Both the position numbers and the translations under genes were made by a program. The notes under the pieces are model-generated. The model had not been told where the DNA came from. It saw only the letters and a list, made by a program, of their open reading frames with translations, and did no database searches. Below, piece by piece: positions 39,953-47,498 of a stretch of DNA of 52,679 nt; the stretch's first letter is position 1, and each line of letters starts with the position of its first letter. The DNA comes from Betaproteobacteria bacterium RIFCSPLOWO2_12_FULL_62_13 (lineage in GTDB: Bacteria; Pseudomonadota; Gammaproteobacteria; Burkholderiales; SG8-41). The DNA lies in contig MERG01000418.1 of the NCBI GenBank assembly GCA_001771985.1, positions 1-52,679 of the forward strand. The letters are read 5' to 3'.

Positions 39953-40072
39953 GTGAGGACCGGGGAGTGAGGACTCAGGACTGAGGACTGAGGATCCAGA
40001 ACATTGCTGGCATTCGGAGTAGCAACATCAGGTTGAGTATGTTTTCCTTGGCGTCTTTGGCGTCTTGGCGGT
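39953..40072. repeat. Two heptad arrays (NNNAGGA x6 at 39953-39994; CTTGGCG-type at 40046-40072)
   Basis: The first array reads GTGAGGA CCGGGGA GTGAGGA CTCAGGA CTGAGGA CTGAGGA. The second reads CCTTGGCGTCTTTGGCGTCTTGGCGG. They lie between liuB and liuE. Confidence 0.7.
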
Positions 40073-40093
40073 GATAGATTTTCAGGATTTCGC

Positions 40094-41005
40094 ATGAAGT
40101 TACCTGGTAGAGTCAAGCTGGTGGAAGTCGGTCCGCGCGACGGGCTGCAGAACGAGCCGGCGCCGGTTTCCGCCGAAGTGAAGATCGAACTCATCCACCG
40201 GCTGCAGGAGGCGGGGCTTTCCGTGATCGAGGCGACCGCTTTCGTGTCACCCAAGTGGGTGCCGCAAATGGCCGACAACGCCGAAGTGATGGCCGGCATC
40301 CGGCGCAAGCCCGGCGTGTCGTATCCCGTTCTGGTGCCGAACAAGAAAGGCCTCGACGCGGCGATCGCGGCAGGCGCCCAAGAGGTCGTAGTGTTTGGTG
40401 CGGCAACCGAAAGCTTTTCGAAGCGCAATACCAACTGCACGATTGCGGAGGGGCTGGCGCGTTTCTCCGAAGTCGGCAAGGAAGCGCTGGCGCACGGGCT
40501 CAAGGTGCGCGGCGACATCTCGGTCTGCCTCGGCTGCCCGTACGAAGGCGAAGTAAAGCCGCAGGCGGTGGTGCGCGTCGCGCGCGAACTCGATCAGATG
40601 GGCTGCTACGAGATCACGATTGCCGACACGATCGGCGTGGGCACACCGGGCGGCACGCGGGCGGTGCTCGAGGCGGCGATGAAGCATATCCCGGTCGAGC
40701 GGCTGGCCAGCCACTTCCACGACACCTACGGCCAGGCGCTTGCCAACATCTAGGCCGCGCTCGAGTGCGGCATGGCAACCTTCGACAGTTCGGTGGCGGG
40801 CCTGGGCGGCTGTCCCTACGCCAAGGGCGCAACCGGCAACGTCGCGACCGAAGACGTGCTCTATATGCTGAACGGCCTCGGTATCAAGACCGGTGTCGAC
40901 ATGCACAAGCTCATCGCTGCCGGCGAGTATATCTGCGGCGTGCTCGGCCGGCCCACTCATTCCAAGGCCGCGCGTGCGTTGATGGCGAAGTCCAAGGCCG
41001 CATGA
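40094..41005 (+). pseudogene. liuE: Hydroxymethylglutaryl-CoA lyase interrupted by an in-frame TAG at 40751-40753
   Basis: [10 protein letters not shown] and [13 protein letters not shown][27 protein letters not shown]. Both tracked ORFs (40094..40753 and 40772..41005) are in the same frame. Homologues carry Tyr or Leu at this position, as I recall. Confidence 0.8.
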
Positions 41006-41196
41006 TGGAAACCGAAATTCCCGTCGCCTCGCCTTGCGTAAAGGTCTGCGGAATGGACGACATACTCGGTTACTGCGTCGGTTGTTACCGCACGCTGACC
41101 GAGATCGCGGAGTGGCCGCAGTATTCGAATACTCAGAAACTGGAAGTGCTCGCGCGCACGCAAGTGCGCCGCGCCGCGGCCGAAGCCCGCAACTGA
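41002..41196 (+). CDS. DUF1289 domain protein (Cys-rich)
   Basis: [29 protein letters not shown] 41002 overlaps the liuE stop codon. These are the last 64 codons of tracked ORF 40255..41196. Confidence 0.75.
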   Translation: MMETEIPVASPCVKVCGMDDILGYCVGCYRTLTEIAEWPQYSNTQKLEVLARTQVRRAAAEARN

Positions 41197-41212
41197 TCTT
41201 CCCGGAGCCGTC

Positions 41213-41767
41213 ATGCCGTTATCCGAACCCACACCCCGCAAGCTCATCCACCGGCGCGCCATCGAATGCAAGGGCTACGAGCGCGCGGACGGCCTGTGGG
41301 ATATCGAGGCGCATTTGGTCGACACCAAGACCCAGCTCCACACGCGTCGGCACGGCGGACGCCCGCGCGAGCCCGGTGAACCCGTCCACGACATGTGGCT
41401 GCGCCTCACCATCGACCTCGACATGAAAGTGCACGATGCCGAAGCGGTAACGGACAGCGGACCGTACCCCCACTGCGGCGACATCACGCCCAATTTCAAG
41501 AGGCTGATCGGCGTCACGATCGGGCCCGGCTGGCGCAGGAAGACGCTCGAACTCTTGGGCGGAATCAAGGGCTGCACCCACCTCGTCGAACTGCTGGGCC
41601 CCCTCGGTACGACAGCGTTCCAGGCCACCGGGCGGGCGCGCGACGCGCGCAACGCCGGCAAGCCCATCCTGAAGAAACCGTACCAGCTTAACGCCTGCCA
41701 CGTCTACAAGGACGACTCCGACGCGGTGCGCGAGCGCTGGCCACAGTTCTACACCGGCCCGAAGTAA
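41213..41767 (+). CDS. DUF2889 domain protein
   Basis: 184 aa. I associate the GIKGCTHLVELLGPL motif with DUF2889 (recall-based). Confidence 0.7.
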   Translation: MPLSEPTPRKLIHRRAIECKGYERADGLWDIEAHLVDTKTQLHTRRHGGRPREPGEPVHDMWLRLTIDLDMKVHDAEAVTDSGPYPHCGDITPNFKRLIGVTIGPGWRRKTLELLGGIKGCTHLVELLGPLGTTAFQATGRARDARNAGKPILKKPYQLNACHVYKDDSDAVRERWPQFYTGPK

Positions 41768-41818
41768 GAGTGCCTAACATAATGACCCGCACACGTGGTT
41801 CATTATGTTAGGCACTCT
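41767..41818 (+). terminator. Perfect 19-bp AT-rich hairpin immediately after the DUF2889 stop codon
   Basis: AGAGTGCCTAACATAATGA (41767-41785) pairs perfectly with TCATTATGTTAGGCACTCT (41800-41818) across a 14-nt loop. No U-tract follows it. Confidence 0.45.
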
Positions 41819-41853
41819 AAGGCCGTCGCTTGGCGTCGCGTCACCGAGCTCGC

Positions 41854-41886
41854 GTAGCCCGGATAGAATGACATGAAATCCGGGGA
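41854..41886. repeat. REP-like element, GTAGCCCGGAT type (left half only)
   Basis: GTAGCCCGGATAGAATGACATGAAATCCGGGGA matches 21919-21951 with 2 mismatches. The closing CCGGGCTAC arm is absent. Confidence 0.6.
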
Positions 41887-41921
41887 CACGCATTCTCAGT
41901 CCTCAGCACTCCCGCACTGCT

Positions 41922-42545
41922 TTATATCGCTCCCGCCTTGCGCAGCAGCTCGGCGACCGCTTCCGCCATGCGCCGGTAGCCTTTGGCGTTGGGATGGATG
42001 GGATCGGCCTTCATGTCGGGGGAATACAGCACGCTGGTGACGATCTTGCCTTCGTAGGGGATGTTGAACTCCTTTGCGATTTCCGCGTAGAACTCCGGCG
42101 CGCTAGAAATCAATGACGGCTGCGGAACGCCCATCAGTACTACCGCAATGCCGCGATCCTTGATTGTCTTGACGATCTGGCGCAGGTTGGACTTGATCTC
42201 CGCCGTGTTCACCTTGCGCAGCATATCGTTGCCGCCGAGACACACGATCACGAGCTGCGGCTGGTGTTCGCCAATTACGTCCGGCAGCCGCTGCAGACCC
42301 TGCGCCGTCACCTCGCCCGGCACACCGGAGCCGATAACCTGCCGTCCGGTGAGTTGTGCCAGCATCGCCGGATAACTTTCATGCATTGCTGCGCCGGTGC
42401 CGTAGGTGAGGCTGTCGCCAAAGGCAACGATCACGTCCGCGCTTGCGAGTTTCGGCAATTTCGGCACCTTCTCGCCGCAGCCGGCAAGCAGCGCGAAAAA
42501 TAACGCCGCCCACAGCCAGCCATTGCGTATCACGGGTCTTCTCAA
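41922..42545 (-). CDS. SGNH/GDSL-family arylesterase (TesA-like), lipoprotein signal
   Basis: LLAGCG lipobox, FGDSLTYG (block I), GGNDMLR (block III) and a DPIHPN-type block V. Confidence 0.85.
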   Translation of the reverse strand: MRRPVIRNGWLWAALFFALLAGCGEKVPKLPKLASADVIVAFGDSLTYGTGAAMHESYPAMLAQLTGRQVIGSGVPGEVTAQGLQRLPDVIGEHQPQLVIVCLGGNDMLRKVNTAEIKSNLRQIVKTIKDRGIAVVLMGVPQPSLISSAPEFYAEIAKEFNIPYEGKIVTSVLYSPDMKADPIHPNAKGYRRMAEAVAELLRKAGAI

Positions 42546-42626
42546 TCGCGCCTCCCTCGATGATCATCGCGCAGGATCTTGCGAGCGGTATTGTAGCCCG
42601 GGATGCTACGCTACCAGGTTGACATA

Positions 42627-42660
42627 TTGATGCATGTGATGCAGGCTTTGATGCATGCGA
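42627..42660 (+). promoter_or_regulatory. Direct 13-nt repeats with ATGCAT cores, candidate VapB operator
   Basis: TTGATGCATGTGA (42627-42639) and TTGATGCATGCGA (42648-42660). TTGACA lies at 42619-42624. The second repeat covers the vapB ATG. Confidence 0.45.
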
Positions 42661-42891
42661 ACCACTGTCCGTCTCGACGAGCGCCTGCTCGCGGAGGCCA
42701 AAAAGTACGCGGCCGAATCGGGCCGGACGCTCACTTCCCTCCTGGAAGATGCGCTCCGGGAGACGCTTGCCCGCCGCCGGGCACACGCAAGAACAAAGCC
42801 CGCCCGCCTCAAGACCGTGAAGGGAAGCGGTGTCCGGCCGGGCGTGGATCTGGACGATACCGCATCGCTTCTCGATCTGATGGAGTCCTGA
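42655..42891 (+). CDS. vapB: Type II antitoxin, VapB-like (ribbon-helix-helix)
   Basis: MRTTVRLDERLLAEAKKYAAESGRTLTSLLEDALRE is a typical RHH antitoxin N-terminus. It lies directly upstream of a PIN toxin. Confidence 0.8.
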   Translation: MRTTVRLDERLLAEAKKYAAESGRTLTSLLEDALRETLARRRAHARTKPARLKTVKGSGVRPGVDLDDTASLLDLMES

Positions 42892-42907
42892 ACTGTTCCT
42901 CCCGGAC

Positions 42908-43321
42908 GTGAACGTACTCGTATACGCGCACCGCGAGGATACGGCACATCATGCGGAGTGCCATCGCTGGCTGGAAACCGCCATCAACGGCGACGAGGCC
43001 TACGGCATCTCGGAACTGGTACTGAGCGGATTCGTTCGGGTCGTCACGCATCCCAAGGTCTTCACGAAGCCGAGCAGGATCGCAGACGCACTTACGTTCG
43101 CCGATCAGCTTCGCAACCGGCCGAACTGTGTCCTGGTCGCGCCCGGGCCACGGCACTGGGAAATCTTCTGCCGGCTGTGCACCGAGAGTGGCGTGAAAGG
43201 CAATCTCGTGCCCGACGCTTATCTCGCCGCCCTCGCAATCGAGTCGGGCTGCGAATGGGTCACCACCGATCGGGACTTCAGCAGGTTCATAGGCCTGCGG
43301 TGGCGCCATCCTGTGGAATAG
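42908..43321 (+). CDS. vapC: PIN-domain VapC ribonuclease toxin (start uncertain)
   Basis: VNVLVYAHRED..., C-terminal VTTDRDF. The conserved first Asp (LFLPD) lies upstream of GTG 42908, where only CTG 42893 is available as a start. Confidence 0.8.
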   Translation: MNVLVYAHREDTAHHAECHRWLETAINGDEAYGISELVLSGFVRVVTHPKVFTKPSRIADALTFADQLRNRPNCVLVAPGPRHWEIFCRLCTESGVKGNLVPDAYLAALAIESGCEWVTTDRDFSRFIGLRWRHPVE

Positions 43322-43387
43322 AAGAGACGGTGACTCCGTTCGCACGGGACCGCCTCGGGTGTGCATTGAATTACCAATCTCTCGTGA

Positions 43388-44857
43388 CTAATGCCGGCTC
43401 GCCCGCCGCAGCTCCCGTAGGATCACCCGTGCGGCGTTGGCACCAGCCGCGCCCGCGATGCTCCCGCCCGGATGCGTGCCCGGGCCGCAGAGGTAGAGCC
43501 CCGCGATCGGCGTGCGGTAGCTTGCCCAACCGGGGATCGGCCGCATCCACAGCGCCTGGTCGAGCGCGAGCTCCGCGTGGTATGCCTGGCCCTCAGGAAA
43601 GCCGTACACCTCTTCCAAGTCGTGCGGCGAGAGCACGCTGCGCTCCACAGTCGCCGCGTCAAGGCCCGGCAGGTGCTGCGACAGCATTTCCACGACGAGG
43701 TTGCCGAGCGCGACGCAGCGCGCCTCGTCCCATTCCCCATCCGCAAGCGCGTATGGCGCGTACTGCACGTGCACCTCGACGCGATGCCGGCCGTCGGGGC
43801 TCGGTCCGTCGCTGCGCGCCTCGAGGTACGGTGCGCGCGAGACGCGCCCATACTTTGCGTCATCGTAGGCCCGCTCGATGTAGTCGAGAGACGGGGCCGC
43901 GATGAGCGTGGCAAACCCGGGCGCTCGCTCGAGCGTGAGCGTCACGCGGGCGACAACGCCGCGGCAGCGGATGTGCCGGACCGCGTGGACCACATCCGGG
44001 TCGAGCCATCCGGGATCGATAAGCCCGAGAAGCGTGCGCTTTGGATCGACGCCTGAGACGACGAGCGAGGCAGGAATCTCCTCCCCGCTCGCCAGCACGA
44101 CGCTGGCGACACGACCCTCGCGCACGGCAATCCGCGCGACCTCGGCCCCGCGGCGAATCTCGACGCCGGGCAGCTCCGCTAATACGCGCCCGAGGTTGGA
44201 GAGCGGCGGACGGAAGACCCCGGTCGGGCTCCCCACGTGATGATGCAGCAGGCGAAACACCGTGCCTCCGGAGCGCGGCCCCTGATGCAAATGCATGACG
44301 CCCGCCGCACCGAGGATGGCCTTGAGTGCATCGTTCTCGAACCAGTCGTCGAGAATATCCGCCACCGGCATCGGCAGCAGGCGCAGGAGGTCTTCGATCC
44401 CTTGCCTTCCGAGCCGCCGAACCCGGAGCCCGAGCCCCGCCAGTTGCGCGAGATCGCCGAGCGCGCGACCCATGAGATCCGGCGGCGGCGCCGTGTAGAG
44501 TGTTTCGAGCAGGCGCGCAAGCCGCCCCATGCGCTTGCAGAACGCGGGCCAGTTCGCCGCATCGCGCGGGCTCACTCGCCGGATCGCCTCGATCGAACGC
44601 GCCATGTTGTGCCACAACTCGAGGCGGCCGCCGTCAGGAAGCGGTGCGGTGGCCCACGGGTCGGGGCGATGGATCCTTAATCCGCGGCCTTCCAGCGCAA
44701 GTTCGCGCACGATTCGCGGCGGGATCCATCCGATGTCGGCCGGCGGATCGTGGCGCAAGCCGTCCTCATCGAGGACGAGCACGCGATTACCGGCGCGCGC
44801 GAGGTATTGCGCGCAAACGAGTTCATTCACGCCGGCACCGATTACGAGCGCGCTCAC
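43388..44857 (-). CDS. PYROXD2/CrtI-like oxidoreductase paralogue with degenerate dinucleotide-binding motif
   Basis: It is colinear with 45552..47156 (shared blocks DYIERAYDDAKYG, VQYAPY, GLYLCGPGTHPGG). Its N-terminus reads VIGAGVNELVCAQYLARAG and lacks the E..IGG motif. Confidence 0.8.
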   Translation of the reverse strand: MSALVIGAGVNELVCAQYLARAGNRVLVLDEDGLRHDPPADIGWIPPRIVRELALEGRGLRIHRPDPWATAPLPDGGRLELWHNMARSIEAIRRVSPRDAANWPAFCKRMGRLARLLETLYTAPPPDLMGRALGDLAQLAGLGLRVRRLGRQGIEDLLRLLPMPVADILDDWFENDALKAILGAAGVMHLHQGPRSGGTVFRLLHHHVGSPTGVFRPPLSNLGRVLAELPGVEIRRGAEVARIAVREGRVASVVLASGEEIPASLVVSGVDPKRTLLGLIDPGWLDPDVVHAVRHIRCRGVVARVTLTLERAPGFATLIAAPSLDYIERAYDDAKYGRVSRAPYLEARSDGPSPDGRHRVEVHVQYAPYALADGEWDEARCVALGNLVVEMLSQHLPGLDAATVERSVLSPHDLEEVYGFPEGQAYHAELALDQALWMRPIPGWASYRTPIAGLYLCGPGTHPGGSIAGAAGANAARVILRELRRASRH

Positions 44858-44903
44858 GCGTAGTCCCTCAACAAGAATGAATTACGATCGGCGAAAACCC
44901 GCA

Positions 44904-45326
44904 TCAATTCCCACTCGCGCCCGCGATCGAGGTAAGGCGCTCGAGGATGAGCCCGTGAAAATAGTCGGCCGGCGTCTGGAAGCGCCAGCCGAGATGGCGC
45001 TCGCAACTCGCGCAGAGGGCAATCTTCCAGGCGTAGCCCTTGAACCACGTGTGCGCTTCGGTGGCCTCGCCGATGGCGATGCAGCCGCCGGCCTCGTGGA
45101 AGCAGCCGATCCTGAAGGTATAACCGCCGGGATTGGTGCACTTGTGCTCGTGCCCGCCATTGACCTGGATTCGTTCGTCCTGGTGAGTGATGAGATGCCG
45201 GCAAAGCGCGCAGAACAGGCGTTTTTCTTTCTTCGCCTTGTCCTGGACGCTGGGGGCAATCTGACTCTGGCCCGCGGTTGCGCCGCGCCGGTCGAAGAAC
45301 ACCAGATCAGGAAACGCCAGCTCCAT
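44904..45326 (-). CDS. Bacterial cereblon-like CULT-domain protein
   Basis: Two CxxC pairs (CALC, CASC) and HTWFKGYAWKIALCASCERHLGWRF. This matches the Magnetospirillum MsCI4 / human CRBN thalidomide-binding domain as I recall it, including all three cage Trp. 140 aa from ATG 45326. Confidence 0.85.
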   Translation of the reverse strand: MELAFPDLVFFDRRGATAGQSQIAPSVQDKAKKEKRLFCALCRHLITHQDERIQVNGGHEHKCTNPGGYTFRIGCFHEAGGCIAIGEATEAHTWFKGYAWKIALCASCERHLGWRFQTPADYFHGLILERLTSIAGASGN

Positions 45327-45342
45327 AGCAAGCTCCGAAGAA

Positions 45343-45389
45343 CCTATCTCAATAATAGACGCGTGATGCGTGCCTATTACTGAGATAGG
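45343..45389 (-). promoter_or_regulatory. 47-nt AT-rich palindrome 17 nt upstream of the cereblon-like gene
   Basis: CCTATCTCAATAATAG (45343-45358) pairs with CTATTACTGAGATAGG (45374-45389) at 15 of 16 positions. The 15-nt spacer ACGCGTGATGCGTGC is itself palindromic. Confidence 0.5.
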
Positions 45390-45551
45390 TCTTATGCAAG
45401 GATAGCTTCGGATCCGCCGCCTGGCCAGTTGATACGCGTCATGGCACCCAACTGTGCGGGCTTCGAGCCATCGGTCCGGCCTGAATGCCGCGCGGCACAG
45501 CACCGAGTTGCGATCGGCCTTCGAACCTCGTCGTCGGGGCTGGCGCTTGCC

Positions 45552-47156
45552 TCACGCGCCGGCCCGCAGAATCACCAGCGCGGCATTCCGCCCGGAGGCG
45601 CCCATCACTCCGCCGCCGGGGTGCGTCCCCGAGCCGCACTGGTAGAGCCCGCGGATGGGCGTCTTGTACTGGGCCCACGCGGGCACCGGCCGCAGGAAAA
45701 ACATCTGCTGCAACGTGAGCTCACCCTGGAAGATGTTCCCCTCGGATAAGCCCACGATGTGCTCGATGTCAGCCGGGGTGATCACCTGCCGGTGGAGGAT
45801 CGCCGACTTGATGTTGGGCGCATACTCGGCGAGGGTATCGATCACCGCATCACCGAACGCCTCGCGCCGCGCGTTGGTCCAGCCGCCGTTCACGTGATAC
45901 GGCGCGTACTGCACGAAGATCGACATGACATGCTTTCCCGGCGGCGCCATCGAGGGATCGATCATCGACGGAATAACGATGTCGAGGTACGGGCGGCGTG
46001 AGAAGTTCCCGTACTTGGCGTCGTCGTAGGCGCGCTCGAGGTAGTCTGTGCTCGGGCTGATGGAAATCGCGCCGCGCAGACATGCCCTGAGCCGGGTCGA
46101 AGCGTGCGGCCCCCTGCCCGGCAGGCAAGAGAAGTTCGGCAACTCCCCGAGCGCGAGGTTGACCTTGCCCGACGAGCCGCGGAACCTGTAGCGCTGGATC
46201 GCCTCGACGAAATCGCCGGGAAGATGCTTTTCTCCTGCAAGCTGGAGAAACGTGCGGCGCGGATCGGCGCCCGAGACCACGAGCTTCCCCCGGATCTCCT
46301 CGCCGCTCTCGAGCACGACGCCCGTGGCGCGGCCGTTCGCGAGCAGCACCTGTGCGACTGGCGCGTTCGTGCGGATCTCCGCGCCTGACGCCCGCGCCGC
46401 CCCCGCGATTGCCTCGGCTACCGACCCATTTCCGCCCTTGGCGAACCCCCAGGCGCGGAACACACCATCGATCTCGCCCATATAGTGGTGCAGCAGCACA
46501 TAGGCGGTGCCGGGCGAGCGCGGCCCGAGCAGCGTGCCAATGATGCCGCTCGCGGATTTCGTCGCTTTGAGCGCCTCCGTCTCGAACCATTCGTCGAGAT
46601 AATCGGCCGCGCTCATCGTGAGTAGCTTGCAGAGCGCGTGGAACTTCCTCGCGCCGAGGCCGCGCAAATGCCGGGTGAGCCGCGCGAGCCCGAGTAAGTC
46701 GCGCGGCGCGAGCGACCCCGGGTCGGGCGGCACCATGCCGAGCAGCGGCTTCACGGCGCGCGCCATCTCGTGCATGAGACGGCCGAACTCCTCAACGGCC
46801 TCCGCGTCGCGGAGCGAGTGGCGGGCCAACTCGCGGCGGTTCTGGTCGTGGTCGTTCCACTGCGCGAGATAGTCGCCATTCGGAAGCGGCGTCAGCGTGC
46901 TTTCGAGCGGCAGAATGTGCAGGCCGTGACGCGGCAGATCGAGATCGCGAATGATCTCCGGCCGCAGGAGGCTCACGACGTACGAAAATACGGAGAACTT
47001 GAAGCCGGGGAAGACTTCTTCGGTAACCGCCGCGCCCCCTATCTGCTCGCGCCGCTCGAGCACAAGCACCCGCCTCCCGGCGCGTGCGAGATATGCCGCG
47101 CACACCAGCCCGTTATGCCCGCCGCCGATTACGATTACGTCGTAGGGAGTAGCCAT
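45552..47156 (-). CDS. PYROXD2/CrtI-like NAD(P)/FAD-dependent oxidoreductase
   Basis: YDVIVIGGGHNGLVCAAYLARAG...LERREQIGGAA Rossmann motifs and C-terminal GLYQCGSGTHPGGGV. 534 aa. Confidence 0.88.
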   Translation of the reverse strand: MATPYDVIVIGGGHNGLVCAAYLARAGRRVLVLERREQIGGAAVTEEVFPGFKFSVFSYVVSLLRPEIIRDLDLPRHGLHILPLESTLTPLPNGDYLAQWNDHDQNRRELARHSLRDAEAVEEFGRLMHEMARAVKPLLGMVPPDPGSLAPRDLLGLARLTRHLRGLGARKFHALCKLLTMSAADYLDEWFETEALKATKSASGIIGTLLGPRSPGTAYVLLHHYMGEIDGVFRAWGFAKGGNGSVAEAIAGAARASGAEIRTNAPVAQVLLANGRATGVVLESGEEIRGKLVVSGADPRRTFLQLAGEKHLPGDFVEAIQRYRFRGSSGKVNLALGELPNFSCLPGRGPHASTRLRACLRGAISISPSTDYLERAYDDAKYGNFSRRPYLDIVIPSMIDPSMAPPGKHVMSIFVQYAPYHVNGGWTNARREAFGDAVIDTLAEYAPNIKSAILHRQVITPADIEHIVGLSEGNIFQGELTLQQMFFLRPVPAWAQYKTPIRGLYQCGSGTHPGGGVMGASGRNAALVILRAGA

Positions 47157-47216
47157 CAGGTTTTCTTCATTTCGGCGTCACGAAAACCCCCGTGCCACCG
47201 GAACAACGCAGATATA

Positions 47217-47498
47217 CTAACTCCGTCCACGAAGCTGCTCGGCGATGTCTTCGTAAATTGTCTGGCGAGGTCCAACGGCAATGATTCTGATAGTCCGCTG
47301 TCCGCGGTCGACTGCGTAGATGATACGAAACCGCCGCACTTTGAATTTCAGGTACGCCGCAAGCTCGCGTTGAAGAGGCTCGCCGCAGCTCGGGTCGGCG
47401 GCAATCGCGCGTATGGCTTGCTTGACCCCGCGCTTGATGCTCGGTGGAAGATGTCGGATGGTTTCGGCAGCCGCGGGCGCGATAACGAGCTTCATCAC
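47217..47498 (-). CDS. RelE/ParE-family type II toxin
   Basis: 93 aa. KFKVRRFRIIYAVDRGQRTIRIIAVGPR core. Its start overlaps the antitoxin stop codon by 4 nt. Confidence 0.85.
   Translation of the reverse strand: MMKLVIAPAAAETIRHLPPSIKRGVKQAIRAIAADPSCGEPLQRELAAYLKFKVRRFRIIYAVDRGQRTIRIIAVGPRQTIYEDIAEQLRGRS

Noticed and set aside
40255-41001. The N-terminal part of the 313-codon ORF 40255..41196
   Set aside because: It is out of frame over liuE. Only the final 64 codons (DUF1289) are credible.
39981-41906. CTGAGGACTGAG (39981-39992) and its reverse complement (41895-41906) as terminal inverted repeats of a 1.9-kb unit carrying liuE, DUF1289 and DUF2889
   Set aside because: Only 12 nt match, and the sequence is just the local heptad unit. 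I see no target duplication and no transposase. Chance recurrence of the repeat family is more likely.
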